DNA of 64,000 bases from Felis catus (lineage: Eukaryota), in assembly GCF_018350175.1 (NCBI RefSeq), contig NC_058368.1, positions 72,604,001-72,668,000 on the forward strand, written 5' to 3'. The translations under genes and the position numbers were made by a program. Below the pieces are notes generated by a model. It worked only from the letters and a program-made list of their open reading frames with translations. It searched no databases and had not been told where the DNA came from. This document shows positions 24,906-37,963 of this stretch, piece after piece (positions within the stretch are counted from its first letter, which is position 1; every line of letters starts with the position of its first letter).

Positions 24906-25585
24906 AGCCATATGTTTGCATATCCATCTCATCACAGTGCATATTAGTAAAACTTAAAGGTATTCAAGTATTTTAACTGAAATATTAAGTATTATCTTAT
25001 AAGTGGGTCTTATTGAAACAAACATTTGAATAGTATGTGACAAGTTAAATTGTATTCGATCATTAAAAAGCTAAATACTACACTGTAAAAAGAAATAGCC
25101 TGAAATATTTGTGTTAGTCCTATTGTCTAACCTCAGAGTTGAGAAGAGTTAAATTATTAATTAGACAAAACATTCCCCTCTAATTATTTTCTTGTATGAA
25201 GTTTCTGTAACTACAAGAAAGCATGTATATTCTATACTGGTAAGTATTACTATTAAATTGCATAGTCTAAAATACCAAGTAAGAAGCTTAAAAAACCTAC
25301 AATGATTTAATGTGATGATTAGATATCAACCATGATACTTTAAAATCTTTTTTGTTGATTTGAAAAACGTGGATAGAATACACTGCATTTCTAAACAACC
25401 CATTTGATAGTACTCAAATATTGCACTGTGCCAGGAGCATTATTTGAAATCAGATACTGACATAGAAGTGACTATCAAGGAACTTACTGGGGAAATACAC
25501 AACAAACAATAAGAAATAGAAACAGATCTGAAACCAAATGAAAATAAAAGCAATGCACCAAAAGCATTTTTAAACTGCCAATATA

Positions 25586-26081
25586 CAGGTTTCCCCTAGT
25601 ATCTGAAAGTAGAGCGTTTTTATGAAAACTTTTATATGTTGAAATGGTGTAAAGTGAAGAAACAATTACCATTAACGTATACGGAAAATTTTTTGAGCAT
25701 TCCCAGAACCAAAATGTCACCTCTCTTAGGTTTTCTGATACCTTAGAATACATCTTGCTAAGAGATGCACAAAATAAATCGACATAAAGCCCAGATGCTC
25801 ACAGACACAGTAAAAGCTCTGGTGGTCTGATCTTGAGATGCGGAGTGTGGTTCTTGGGAAAGAAACTTGGCGGGGCTACTCTCGCTGCTTGGGATGCCCG
25901 CTGCCTCTACAATGGCTTGCTGCGAAACCAACGCTGAATGCTATTTCCATTTTTTGCCTTTTTTTCATGAAAGTGAAAATTCTCCTCGTATTTGTTTCAG
26001 TTAGAAAAAACATGTACTAAGTTAAGTCTTCCATAAAAGTGAAGCTGTGTAACAAGAACTTTTGAAAAGTGGGGGATATTG
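25586..26081. mobile_element. TcMar/Tigger-like non-autonomous DNA transposon
   Basis: TA|CAGGTTTCCCCTAGTATCTGAAAGT at left; imperfect inverted copy ACTTTTGAAAAGTGGGGGATATTG|CA at right. Confidence 0.7.
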
Positions 26082-26858
26082 CAATACATGTTGGGTCTAA
26101 GGAATTTTAGAGGATGCTTAGAAGTGCATAAACATCTTAACATGGCTGTAGTGCTGAAAGATGTTTTGGTGCAATCGTTGTGGATCTACATATTTCCCCA
26201 ACAGGTTGAAAGAGTTTTCACAATAGGCTCATCTTCAGTTGGTATGCCATTAGTATCATGTTAGCATTCTATTGCCACATGCACATTTCACAAAGAGGGT
26301 TTAAGGAAGCCTCAGTAAATACATTGAGTGTAGTAAGACACACGATGAAAGGTTAATGCCATGTGCTGCAAGGTTTTAATTATTTAGTATGATAAATAGC
26401 CCTTTATTTTTTTCAAGTATTGACCGGAGAGAAAAGATTTCTTCTCGTTATGGCTAGGCTAAAAATCAACACAAGAGCATTAGTAGATAATTACTGTTTA
26501 TGTAGAGCAATGTTACTAAACAAGAAGTCCGTTCACAGGAGCCAAATGAAAACTTTGAACACGACATAGAGAACTTCAGTGAAATTATATTCACTCTGAA
26601 TTGTGGACATTAGACACACATCTTTTTACTCAATCGGGGATGTTGCAATACTGAATATTTACTTGGTACCCCATATATAACATATAGTCATGTTCTCTGA
26701 TCTATGAAGTTAAGGCATGGCTTGACAAACTTTTTCAGATAAAACTCTCAAGTTTTCATCTTGAGTTTTGTAAACTCTAGGTTTTGCACATATTTGGTCT
26801 TTACTTCTTTTTTTAAAACATATTGTTATGACTTTCAAAATAAAAATATAAAAAATTA

Positions 26859-27065
26859 GGGTGCTGGGTGGCTCAGTTGGTTAAGCGTCTGAGTCTTGGT
26901 TTTGGCTCAGGTCATGATCTCATGGATTGTGAGTTTGGGCCCTACATCGGGCTCCGTGCTGGCAGCGGGCTCCAAGCTAACAGCTTGGGATTCTCTCTAC
27001 TCTCCTCTGTTCCTCCCCTGCTCTCTCTCTCTCTCTCTCAAAACAAACAAATAAATAATTTAAAA
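26859..27065 (+). mobile_element. Older CanSINE
   Basis: GGGTGCTGGGTGGCTCAGTTGGTTAAGCG, (CT)n, A tail. Confidence 0.92.
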
Positions 27066-28345
27066 ATATATACACAATAACTTAAAGGTAACCAACTTTT
27101 AAGAAATTCTTAAATTGTTAAGTATTTGTACCATTTTGATTTGCATATACATTAAAAAATAATGCTATCAAAAAGATGTTATTTGATGCCTGCCTTTGAT
27201 AGATTTCAATAAAATAAAGAGATAATATATTAAAATATGGCAGCATCTACATTCACAGGAAAAAAGGTGTTGTTGAAAGAGGGAAGGATTATTGTGTCGA
27301 TGAGGACATGGGTCGCTCCCCAGACCAAACAGTTGACTGCATCATGGGAAACCTTCATAGAACTAAGAACTGTAGAGTGACAGAAGAAGGTTTTAACTGC
27401 AAAATCTAAAAGCTGATTCACTGTTATTTGTTAATTAATCCACCACAGTTTCATATAATTAACACGAACTCATCTTTGAATGGAGATATAAAAGTTTTCC
27501 AATACTGTTCTCACAGATGTGCCTTCTGAACAGGCTGTCTTTAAACCACTGTATCAGGACAGAACTTTCCATGCAGAGAAGAGTGGGGTGAGTGTTTTCT
27601 TTTCTCTTCTCTCAGGATAGAAAGGCTTTGGTTGCTATAATTACTTCCCATTTATCCTTAGTTGAAAGTGGGTGAAATTGCCTATTAATTAAATTTGAAT
27701 TCTCTCAAATTGGCAAGTTTAAGACAATGACAGGAATAAATTGTACCACATATTGCAATCAAAACAAGGTTGATGTAGAACAGATACATTATGTGACTTA
27801 ATGAAGCAATATTAAGAAAAGAGAATCCACAAATTACTCAAGTTAAAAGCATAAATAAATTGTAGCATTAGATAAGTTAGAAAACAAGAATTCCCTTTTA
27901 TTGGGCACATTTTTGAAAGGAGCCTGGCAAGGGTGCCGCTTGTAGAATCAAAGATAATTTTCTTGTATAGAAGAAGAAAAGGAGACTCACTAAAGACCCA
28001 AGTGACAGACTATTCCTAAATAAAGAATTTGGCTTAGTTCTTTATAACCAGTCTAGTCATTGTTGGTGTCTAAACATTAAAAAAAACACATAGCAGAAGG
28101 GTCTACTGGCGCATCATGAAGTCCTTGTCTTAGATTAAGGCACATTCTGACAACTGTTCCACTTTAACTGGCCATTTTGTATGGCTTTTGGACCAGTATT
28201 TATTGATTCGCTTCTTTCCATTAGTGTAGGGGGAGGTGATGCCCATTGGTTTACACCAGTGTATGTCCTGCATTTCCTTCTCTCCACATCCCGGAGAAAA
28301 GGATTTTCAAACTCAGCATAATCCTTTAAAACATATTGGATCATA

Positions 28346-28569
28346 GGGGCGCCTGGGTGGCGCAGTCGGTTAAGCGTCCGTCTTCAGCCAGGTCACGATC
28401 TCGCGGTCCGTGAGTTCGAGCCCCGCGTCGGGCTCTGGGCTGATGGCTCAGAGCCTGGAGCCTGTTTCCGATTCTGTGTCTCCCTCTCTCTCTGCCCCTC
28501 CCCCGTTCATGCTCTGTCTCTCTCTGTCCCAAAAATAAATAAACGTTGAAAAAAAATTTAAAAAAAAAT
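28346..28569 (+). mobile_element. Young feline CanSINE
   Basis: CpG-intact; TSD AAAACATATTGGATCATA flanking both ends (left copy 28328-28345). Confidence 0.97.
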
Positions 28570-30297
28570 AAAACATATTGGATCATAAAACTTTCAATGT
28601 ATGGAAATCCCTTTGAAATTCTCTAGCCCTGTTTCTTCATTTCACAGATATGCAGTCAGATGCTCTGGAAGAGGATGATATCTGCCCATGGTCACTTAGC
28701 TAAGATATTGGAAAACAAATTCACAACCAGTGACAAACGTATGCTCTTCTGTTCACGCCAAACACTTGTGGACATCCTTTGCCAGTGATATAGGTGAACA
28801 AATTTCATAAAACTTGCAGATGAATGAGAGGAAGAACAAATATGTTAGAGATGATCAAATAAGAGTTTGAGGGAATGTTGGCAGGTTGGAGCAACGGGAG
28901 AAAATGGTAAAAAAAAAATAAATTGAGGAACTTGGATATGCCATTTTCCTCTAAGTTGACCGTACACATGTGGACTATGCACTGTTCTACAGCTGCAGAA
29001 TGGAGAAGGTCAAGCTTAAGAAAAGCTCATGCCAGAACAACTGATTTCCAGAAAGACTAGTTTAATTGGACATCAATACAAGTGAATGTCTACTTGGTGA
29101 CAGGAGTGGTTCCTAACACATTTGTTTTGAAGGCAGAAGACTTGTGCTAAAGTTCTAACTCTGTCACACTTATGACTATTATCTGAGCATCATCTCTAAT
29201 GATTTTTTAATCATTTGCTATCTCCACTAGATTATAAGAGCCACAGGGGCAACATCGTATTTGTTTTATTCCCTCCAGCATTCCAGAATTTTGCACTGTG
29301 CCTGGCACATAGTAGACACTCAATCAGTCTCTGCTGAGTCAATTAGTAAGGTATGTGACTTACCCACTCTGTGCCTGGGCTTCTCATGTAAATTTAAGAA
29401 CCTATAGTTGCTTCTGTGAGTGTAAAATAAGAAAGTATGTGGAAGGGCTTTGGAAACTCCAAAGAAATGACTACTATTGTCAATAAATACTACCAGTGAG
29501 GCATAAGTAAACAAACAATTTTAAACACCTGAGATTAGTGAAATATTATAGTTGTCTCTAATAATTTGCAGAAGTATTGTACTAACCAGAGATTGGACCC
29601 ACTTTGTGTACTGCTCCAGAGGGGCAGGCCAGGGGTCAACTGGCCAGGCAGATATGTCTTAATGTAAGGGCAATCTGTAATTAGAATGCAGTCTATAATT
29701 CTGTTTCAGCAAAAATCAGTTGAGACTCCAGAGTTTCTCAATATAGGGACGTAAAGGTAGAGCAACCTGGTGGTAGGGTGGAGTAGGGGGTGAGAGAGCC
29801 ATCTGGAAGCAAGCCCAGTACATCATGTCATAAGTACAATCTTTTACTTAGTTTTGTATGTATTTATCATGGCCAGAGGGGCTGAAGGAAATTATGCTGG
29901 TTCTGAAGTCCTGCCTACCCACTGCTTCCATTCCTGTCTCTGGCCTCACTTTGACATCATTATGGGTGAAAATGTTTAAACAGAGGCCAATATGGATGAC
30001 AGAGTGAATCTTGCATGGGACAAGCATAGACCTTTGAACTTCAAGCTCACGTCCAACTGTAAGTCTCTGGATACAAGCCAGAGAACCTAAAAAATTTGTA
30101 TTTGGTAGGAATAAAATAGTCTTAAAAGAACTGGAAAATAAGGGATATAAACTCCTTTTTTTGCTTCCTTGTAATAGAGAAAACAGAGTTTAAGCAACGA
30201 TTTATATTGGTTACATCTCCCACCTTCTTGCAAAAAATCACTGTATAAAATTCTATATAAGAAATAATGTAATTTTGTATTAATATATAAACATGAT

Positions 30298-30501
30298 TCT
30301 TTGTACATATAATACATAAACATGTAAAACCAAACACATATAACTCAATAACATAGACGGTTCTCTAATTCACATATTTACTTCTGGCATTTATGTGAAT
30401 CTTTGTACATATAATACATATACATGCAAAACCAAACACATATAACACAATAACATAGACGGTTCTCTAATTCACATATTTACTTTTGGCATTTATGTGA
30501 A
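30298..30501. repeat. 102-bp tandem duplication (2 copies)
   Basis: 30298-30399 and 30400-30501 align without gaps; 4 substitutions counted by eye. Confidence 0.95.
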
Positions 30502-31142
30502 CTTAGTTGTCAAGTATATTAACACACAGAAAACTCTTGAGCAATTTGATGAACCTTGAATCCACTGAGAATCTGTCATCTCAAAAAAAAAAGTAAAAAA
30601 AAAAAAGAGTGTATGTTTTTAGAAAACCATTTGGCCCAAAGATAATATAAGGGGAAGCTTTTTCCCATTTAAATAGCTGCTATTTTTATAAATGGAACCA
30701 AATCAACTTCTCCATAAGGAAAAAACACATTCTTATGAAGAGCTGAGAAATTCTGAGATGTGGGGAGAGGGGTGTTAGAGTTGCCAAGGAGTTTTCTCTT
30801 ACGTTTCAGCCACGTATCTTAGGGGAAAAGAGAGGCACTTAGACTTATTTCCTTGCCCCTGTGTAGATTAGTGTAGCAAAGAGTGAAGTCTTCAGGGAGG
30901 AAGGGGATACTGGGGAAAGTGCCTGAAGGGTCTCACCAAAGTTGGCCAGTAATATGAAATGAAATTGAAAAGGTCATTCCCCTCGATGCCAGCATACGCT
31001 TTCCTTTGATATTAATAGTCACTGAGCCAGGGAGGAAAAGCATCTTTACCCTTTACAATTATTAATTGCTACCAATGGTAGGCACCGGCTAGAATGCTCA
31101 AGCCACATACACACACATCTCCATTGGAAACACTGTTATTTC

Positions 31143-31379
31143 CTTTAAAAAAATTTTTTTAATGTTGTATTTATTTTTGAGAGAGAGACAGAGAGAGAGA
31201 GAGAGAGGGAGAACACAAGTGGGGGAGGGGCAGAGAGAGAGGGAGACACAGAATCTGAAGCAGGCTCCAGGCTCTGAGCTGTCAGCACAGAGCCCGATGC
31301 GACGCTGAACCCATGAACCATGAGATCATGACCAGCGCTGAAGTCGGACACTCAGCCGACTGAGCCACCCAGGTGCCCC
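31143..31379 (-). mobile_element. CanSINE
   Basis: TSD GAAACACTGTTATTTC at 31127-31142 and 31381-31396. Confidence 0.96.
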
Positions 31380-32530
31380 TGAAACACTGTTATTTCTAAG
31401 AGTAATTCTAGAATATGTCACATGACAACATTTTTCCAGGACAAAGAAATTCATGAAAGCATTATACAACTCTCCCAGTTTAAAAAACCAGCCCAGTCAA
31501 CAGGGACTGCTTGCTGAAGTTCCATTCTCATATTCACACGACACATTCAGTAGGCACATTAACATAGATGGAAATTACACACAGGTATCGGAGGAAAAGA
31601 TGTCTCAGCCCTCAGCGCTTTCCGTGATTATCAATGGGAGTGTCGAGGGCAGTTTTCCCTCTGCATTATTTCTCTTCCTGAGTGAAAGCTTGTTATTTAA
31701 CTGTATCTGTCAGTCAGTCAGTCAGAACGTGAAGATATTAACATTCAGGCCTGGGCTCCAGAAAGGTAGCTGTTCCGTGAAACACCAAAATGAAATTTGC
31801 CTGGTGTAATTACGGCCATCTTAACTTGAAACCATAATTATCAGGACGCGTTTCTCAAGGGCAGTGTCCAGAGAGCGCATAGATAATAATGAGAGTTGAT
31901 TTTCTCCTGAAACTTGCCGTTCAGGGACTCCGATTTCAGTTCAGGGATATTACACTAAATTCCCTCCCAATTTCTACAGATCAGTGTCAGATCTCAACTG
32001 GCAAAAGGCGGCTTTCAAGCTGACCTCTTCAAAATGCAGAAGGCCACCGCTCCAGACACAGTCACTGAAAGCTGAGAAGCGCTGAAGGAAATCCTAGGCA
32101 CGGAACAAAACGCACACTTCAAAGCACAAGCCCATGCTGAGTTCTGCTCACCCTCGACGTGTTCTAAAGCGATGCTTCTGGGTCCCCCCAGTACTTCCTG
32201 TGCTATAGAAAGCCTTGAAACCTGCAACACTCCTCCTATTGAAACTTCTGTAATTAGAGGCCAAAGAACAAGGGCTACTGGCTACCGACAAAACAGCAGG
32301 CTCCAATTTCTTTCCCGGCCAGCTCAATGTCCAGGCCATTGCAGACTTTAAACAACATTTCCATGAGTCCAACTGCTGCCCAGAGGAGGTGTGAGAGCAA
32401 ACGCAGCTTTTCCTATCTACAGACGGACATGGGAGGTTAGCTACACATGGAAAAAAAGTGACGGAAAGAATGAGAAAGGCATGCTTTGGTTCATGAGTTC
32501 CTATCCTCCACAGTTTATTTAAAACAAGCA

Positions 32531-32770
32531 GGGGGCACCTGGGTGGCTCAGTCGGCTAAGCGTCTGATTTTGGCTCAGGTCACGATCTCACCATTCTCGG
32601 GTTTGAGCCCTTGGGCTCACAGCGTCGGGCTCTGTGCTGACAGCTCAGAGCCTGGAGCCTGCTTCGGATTCTGTGTCTCCCTCTCTGCCCCTTCCCCCCT
32701 CACACTGTCTCTCTCTCTCTCTCTCTCTCTCAAAAATTAAGTAAACATTAACAAAATTAAAAAAAAAATA
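32531..32770 (+). mobile_element. CanSINE
   Basis: GGGGCACCTGGGTGGCTCAGTCGG head, (CT)n, A tail. Confidence 0.94.
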
Positions 32771-33550
32771 AAACAACAAGCTAGAAAGGTGATTCTGATG
32801 ATCTACAGCAGAATAAAGCAAACAGCTTTATTTCTGAAAGGAGAGTCCTGATGTGGTGAGCTCTTTTGATGTCACACTTACACCACAAACTCTCTTTTTC
32901 CTGGTATTTGTCTTATCTCCTCATCTAATGTCTAACTTCCTGGAGCTGAGCCTCCCTGTCCTGTGGCCCCTCTTCCACTGAGATGTCTCTACATGAGAGT
33001 CAGTGGAAACCTGCTTTGTTACCAAAAGGATTTGTTCTGTCCTCGTGAACCAAGGAGGAATGGTCGTGAAGGCTGGTCATTTGTTAAGCTGCTGGTCTTT
33101 GTTACGCGTTCTTTGTAGTATCGTAATTGGCAAAACTCAGAAATTGATGTGAGACCTAGCGTAACCATGTTACACTCCAGGGCTGTCACCCAAGAACCAG
33201 GTTGACATCTGAATTTAACTGACACCATTTGCTGGCTCTGAGGCTGCCCTCCCATTGTGTCTGTGGCTGCAGATGACAACGGCTCCCTGGGAGAAACCTT
33301 TGGGATCACAAATGCGTAAACATCTGGGATTCAAATCTCTTTCAATTACATTAATGATCTACTATGTGCAGGAGAAAGTTTTGAGTCTAAAATAACATTA
33401 ATTCAATCTCAAGGTTAGAGGGAGAGATTTTAAACTTCTTCTAAGCCCCAAATGCCCTTTGAAGCCCCAAAGGGGAAACATCTACATGCACTCCTGTAAT
33501 GAAACTGTGATTAGGCCCTGCGAAGGGAAGCGTATCCTCGAGCTTCTCGG

Positions 33551-33604
33551 TGACAGTAGCTGATAAATCAAATGGCTGTGACTCCGGTTTCCATAAATCA
33601 GTCA
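33551..33604. promoter_or_regulatory. Candidate MEIS + PBX-HOX motif cluster
   Basis: TGACAG 33551-33556, TGATAAATCA 33561-33570, CCATAAATCA 33591-33600; motif evidence only. Confidence 0.3.
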
Positions 33605-34830
33605 AAGGACAGTCTAGGCTGCCAAATTATTTACTTAAGAGGCGGTCATAATATGTCATTCAACCCTATAGCAATTGTTTGTGTACCCTGGCCTTGTGCT
33701 CCAATACAGTTCAATTCTGCTGCCTTTTTTTTTGAAATTTTTTTGAGCAAACGATGTCCATTGCCATCAGCCAAGCCAACCTCTTGCCCACCTTTTGCCA
33801 ATACCTCTCACACCATGTGACTGTCATGGTACCACTTCCAGCAGTCCCTTCTTAAGTAAACGGTCCACCTATCAGAGCAAGCTTAGACCTTACTCAACCA
33901 GCCTCATCCTGCAGCCAACGCTCCTTCACACCACCGTGCAGGCAGCCAGCCCTCCTTGCTGACCCCTTGACGCTGACATGCAATAAACTCATTGACTCGT
34001 GTCTCTGCACCTACCTACGCCCCAGCTCACCGACCACCATGCCCTTCTTGTTCTCCCCGGATCCCCATTATCCGATGCTCATCCTTCTCAAAGCCTCCTT
34101 CATGCTCTACTCCATCGATGATCCCAGGCTTTTTTGATTCACACAAACTCTCCCCTTCTCTATAAAGTGTTTACAGACTTAACGTAGGGTTTAAGTGTGG
34201 TTGTACATGTTTGTGAACATGTGTAAACATATGCATATTTATAGAGACACAGATTGTCATTTCTGAAAGGACGCAACTTCTTTTGTTTCTTCCTGAATAT
34301 CTAGAACCAATGTGTGAACTCCTCTGTCTTCATAAAATAAGCCTGACAACCATGGGTTATATTCTACTATGAATTAGCAGAAATAAATGACTACAAAGGT
34401 CATAGAAGAAGTCAAAGCACCATCCCTTCTTCCCCTGGCCTCCTATTCCTGCCGCCTGCCTTAGTTTCCTTACCCCTTTATATGATAGTAAAGGATCCTT
34501 TCATAAATCCAGTGATGGAAGCTGGGGCCAAAATGTCAGGTAGACAACAGAATCATTTGTACAGAGCTTCCTTCCCAATTTAGAAGCCAGAACATGGGCT
34601 CACTACAATAAAAAAAAAAATAACAAAACTAACTGAAAAAAAGTTTCAAACTGTCAGTGTTTTAATCTGTTTCAGGGACTAATACAACTTTCAAAGAAAT
34701 AACAATCGAGGGGAAACTGTGCCTTGCAATATCCTTAGACAGCAAACTGTGCTTAAATTAATATTAATTCCATTTTTAAATATTCTCCAAGTGTTTCTTA
34801 TATAATGTAAAAAACTCTGAACATAAAAGG

Positions 34831-34854
34831 CATGCAAATCAGAGAATTTGCATG
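34831..34854. promoter_or_regulatory. Palindromic double octamer (POU) motif
   Basis: CATGCAAAT-CAGAGA-ATTTGCATG; motif evidence only. Confidence 0.3.
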
Positions 34855-35181
34855 TGTCTAATACAAAGTTATTAAATATTTGGGTTTAAACTTTGATCTG
34901 AATATTCTATGGAAAAAACTCTTGTCATTATTAGTTTAATATGCTAATTTAATATTTATTTTAATATGGTGTTCAGCTTATTTAATATGCTTTAATAGTA
35001 GTTTGATTTGACTATTATATTTACAGAAAGAAAAACTAGCACCTTCTTCTCTAGGAAATAGTAATGCTATGGAGGAGAAATGAGATAAACTATATGGGCC
35101 ATGTACTTCTCCAATAAAATATTTGGAGGGGGGAATTTAAAGTAACATCTCTTTATTTTCAATAATTACATTACCCTGGAT

Positions 35182-35382
35182 GGGGTGCCTGGTTGGCTCA
35201 GATGGTTGAGCATCCAACTCTTAATTTCTGCTCAGGTCATGATCCCACGGTAGTGGGATTGAGCCCCGTGTCACACTCCAACCTGAGCGTGGAACCTGCT
35301 TGAGACTGTCTCTCTCTTTCCCTCTGCTCCTCTCCTTTACTTGCTCTCTCTCTCTCTCTCTAAAAGATAAATAAATAAATAA
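35182..35382 (+). mobile_element. Older CanSINE
   Basis: GGGGTGCCTGGTTGGCTCAG head, (CT)n, AAAT tail. Confidence 0.92.
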
Positions 35383-36329
35383 GTATAATCCCCTGGAAAA
35401 CCTCCCCACCTACTATTCTGTGTGAAATATCAAGGAAACGGACTCTGGATGAGCTTGAATTCAAGTTTTGGTTCAACTCCTTACTAACTGATTGGCATTG
35501 GACAATTCATTTAATATCCCAGAGCATCTGTTTTCATATCTGGAATAAATAGGGTGGCAGTGTTTCCAGACTTACTATTTAAAGTTAAGATAAAGCTAAG
35601 ATAAGTGATCACTAAGAAGTTGTCCTAGTCAACTGATGTATAGAATTACCATTAGTAGCTAAAGGGATACCACTGCCAAATTCCCCCAACTGTGTGCAGC
35701 TATAAAGGCATCCTCGTTTCCTTTGTTATCCTGTATCTTTTAAAAGTTGTTGTCACAGTATCTCAGCAGCCAGAAATATTGCTGCTGATTTTGTGGTTTT
35801 CCAGCAGGCACTTGTGAAGCAACATATGCTCTAATTTTTTCTAAGAATTTCCTGCAACATTAAAAAAAATAGATTTGTTATGTGAACACCAATCTACAAC
35901 TTAAAGTCTTTGCTACTTTTGTTCTTAAACATGAAGCCAAATTCTTTTTATTCATCATTAAATTAATTCTAATGACTGGTGTCTTCGTCTAAATAGTAAA
36001 CCTGTGTGTAGTGATGTAGAGTGGGCTTTTTTTTTTTCTGTTATAATTGTATATTTGAAGTAGGGTAAGGAAAAGGTGTGGCACCCTGGAAATTTGTTTG
36101 TTTGTTTGTTTTTTATAGAAAAAAACAAGCTTTCCTAACGCCTTTAAAATAGCGTTTTTTCCCCCTCCCTTCAGACTTGGAAGGATCTTGGCTGCAGTTC
36201 AGCAAGAACAGAACTCACAGCATAGCACTGATACACAGGCTCCAGGGTAGGGAAAGAAATAAGAGGTTTAGAGAAGCACATCATAGAGGTTTATTAAGTA
36301 TTTCTTTAACTGAATTTAGAAACTCTAAC

Positions 36330-36875
36330 TTCCCTCCAAGGCAGATGGTGTTATTCCCTTGCCCTAAAATCCCTAATGGCTTCCTATCACTCTTAGCAAA
36401 AATGCAAACTCCTTCGGGCTCAGAGAGCCTACGTGATCTTCCCCTGCTGACGGGTCTGACCTCCACCCCTTGGCCATGCCATCCCAGCCACAAGGACCTG
36501 CACTCTTGCTATTTCTCACACCTGCCACCCAGCACAACCTCATGGACCACGCTTCTCTCCCCAGTCATCTTGCCATGGACGGTGTTCTCTCTCATTTCAA
36601 TCTTGTGTCCCTTAAGCGCCGCATCAAAAATACAGACACCCCACGCAAATCTCATCATTCTCTTAGGCTGTCTCATTTTGCTTCAGAGAGTTTATCACTG
36701 CCTGAAGTTACAGTATACATTTTTTTTTCAGTTTACTTGTTTATTTTTTCTTTCTTCCACTAGTCTATGAACCTCAAGAAGACTACACTCTGTTTCTTTC
36801 TCTGATGGATCCTCCACATCTGGACCATGCCTGATCAAGATAAGAACTCAAAGACTAACTGAATAAATGCATGGA
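36330..36875 (+). mobile_element. L2 3' fragment
   Basis: AATGGCTTCCTATCACTCTTAG...AAACTCCTT; ends CTGAATAAATGCATGGATGG. Confidence 0.65.
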
Positions 36876-37369
36876 TGGGTGTTATACACAAATATCAACC
36901 ACTGGCCTTGTAATGCTGCATTTCCTAAGAAAGTAGTAAAGAATCAGAAAGTAACACTGCATTACCACATTTAATTTCTTGTATTAAAAAGAAAACATTG
37001 TGGAGTATCTTTTGTCCTCATTTTATAGCTGAAGCCTCATATTTTAGAATTTACAAAACTTGCCCAAGTACATATACTTAGCAAATGACTGTCATGATTT
37101 GAATCTTAGTTTATAGATTCCAAAAAATTTTGGAATTATTCCAGATAATTTGGTCTATATGTGACACAGATGTAAAAATAAGTTCTAAAGATGCTTAAAG
37201 AGCTTGATAGAATTCATTAATTTTTAGTTTAATGGTTAGTATTACAAGGAAACTCTGATTTGGAGGCTGGGATGAGAAAGAAAGAAGTAAATGAATGTTT
37301 ACATAAGCAAAAAAACAAGCAGCAAGGGAATTAATAAAACCTAGTATTTTTCATTCTTCTCTGGGTCTC

Positions 37370-37930
37370 CTTTCCAATTTCCCTTGAATATCTGTATCTT
37401 TTAAAATTTAACATGTGTTCTTTTACATCTATAGTCTTCCCTTAGAGAATTCATCCTTTTTATGGCTTCATAACCTTAATTCTGCATTTCTAAGACTGAC
37501 CTTCCATTTAAACTCCAGCTCTGTCTCCTAATATCTAGTGAACATTTTCACTTGTGGTTCTACCATCATGTCCCCAAAGCCAGTATTTCTACATGTCCCC
37601 AGCTGGCTCAATTATCTGAATTTTATCTACCAATGGTATCATAGTCTAGTCACTAAGTATTAGCCTTATTTAACTATTTAACCAAAAAGTGGTCATACTT
37701 TATAAATTCTTATTTAAATCATGTCTATGCCTTGTGTTCATCTCATCTTTACTATTCTCACTGATGATATCATATTTCAAAGTCACGTGTATTCACTGGG
37801 ATTATTAGTTTCTTAATTGATCTCTGTTTCCTGTGTCTCCTTATTAGAGTTTATCCTGTACATCACTGCCAAATTATATCCCTTAAAGTTTTCTCAAAAA
37901 GTCATTGCTTTCAGTTCAAAGTTTGTATTG
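37370..37930 (+). mobile_element. Degraded L2 fragment
   Basis: AACTCCAGCTCTGTCTCC, GAACATTTTCACTTG, TTCTTAATTGATCTC motifs. Confidence 0.55.
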
Positions 37931-37963
37931 TGTGGCTTAGAAGTAGCCATCAACTATGTGGTC

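Noticed and set aside
36177..36770. Longest ORF (197 aa)
   Set aside because: Starts at TTG, mostly overlaps a degraded L2, has no recognisable domain or exon structure.
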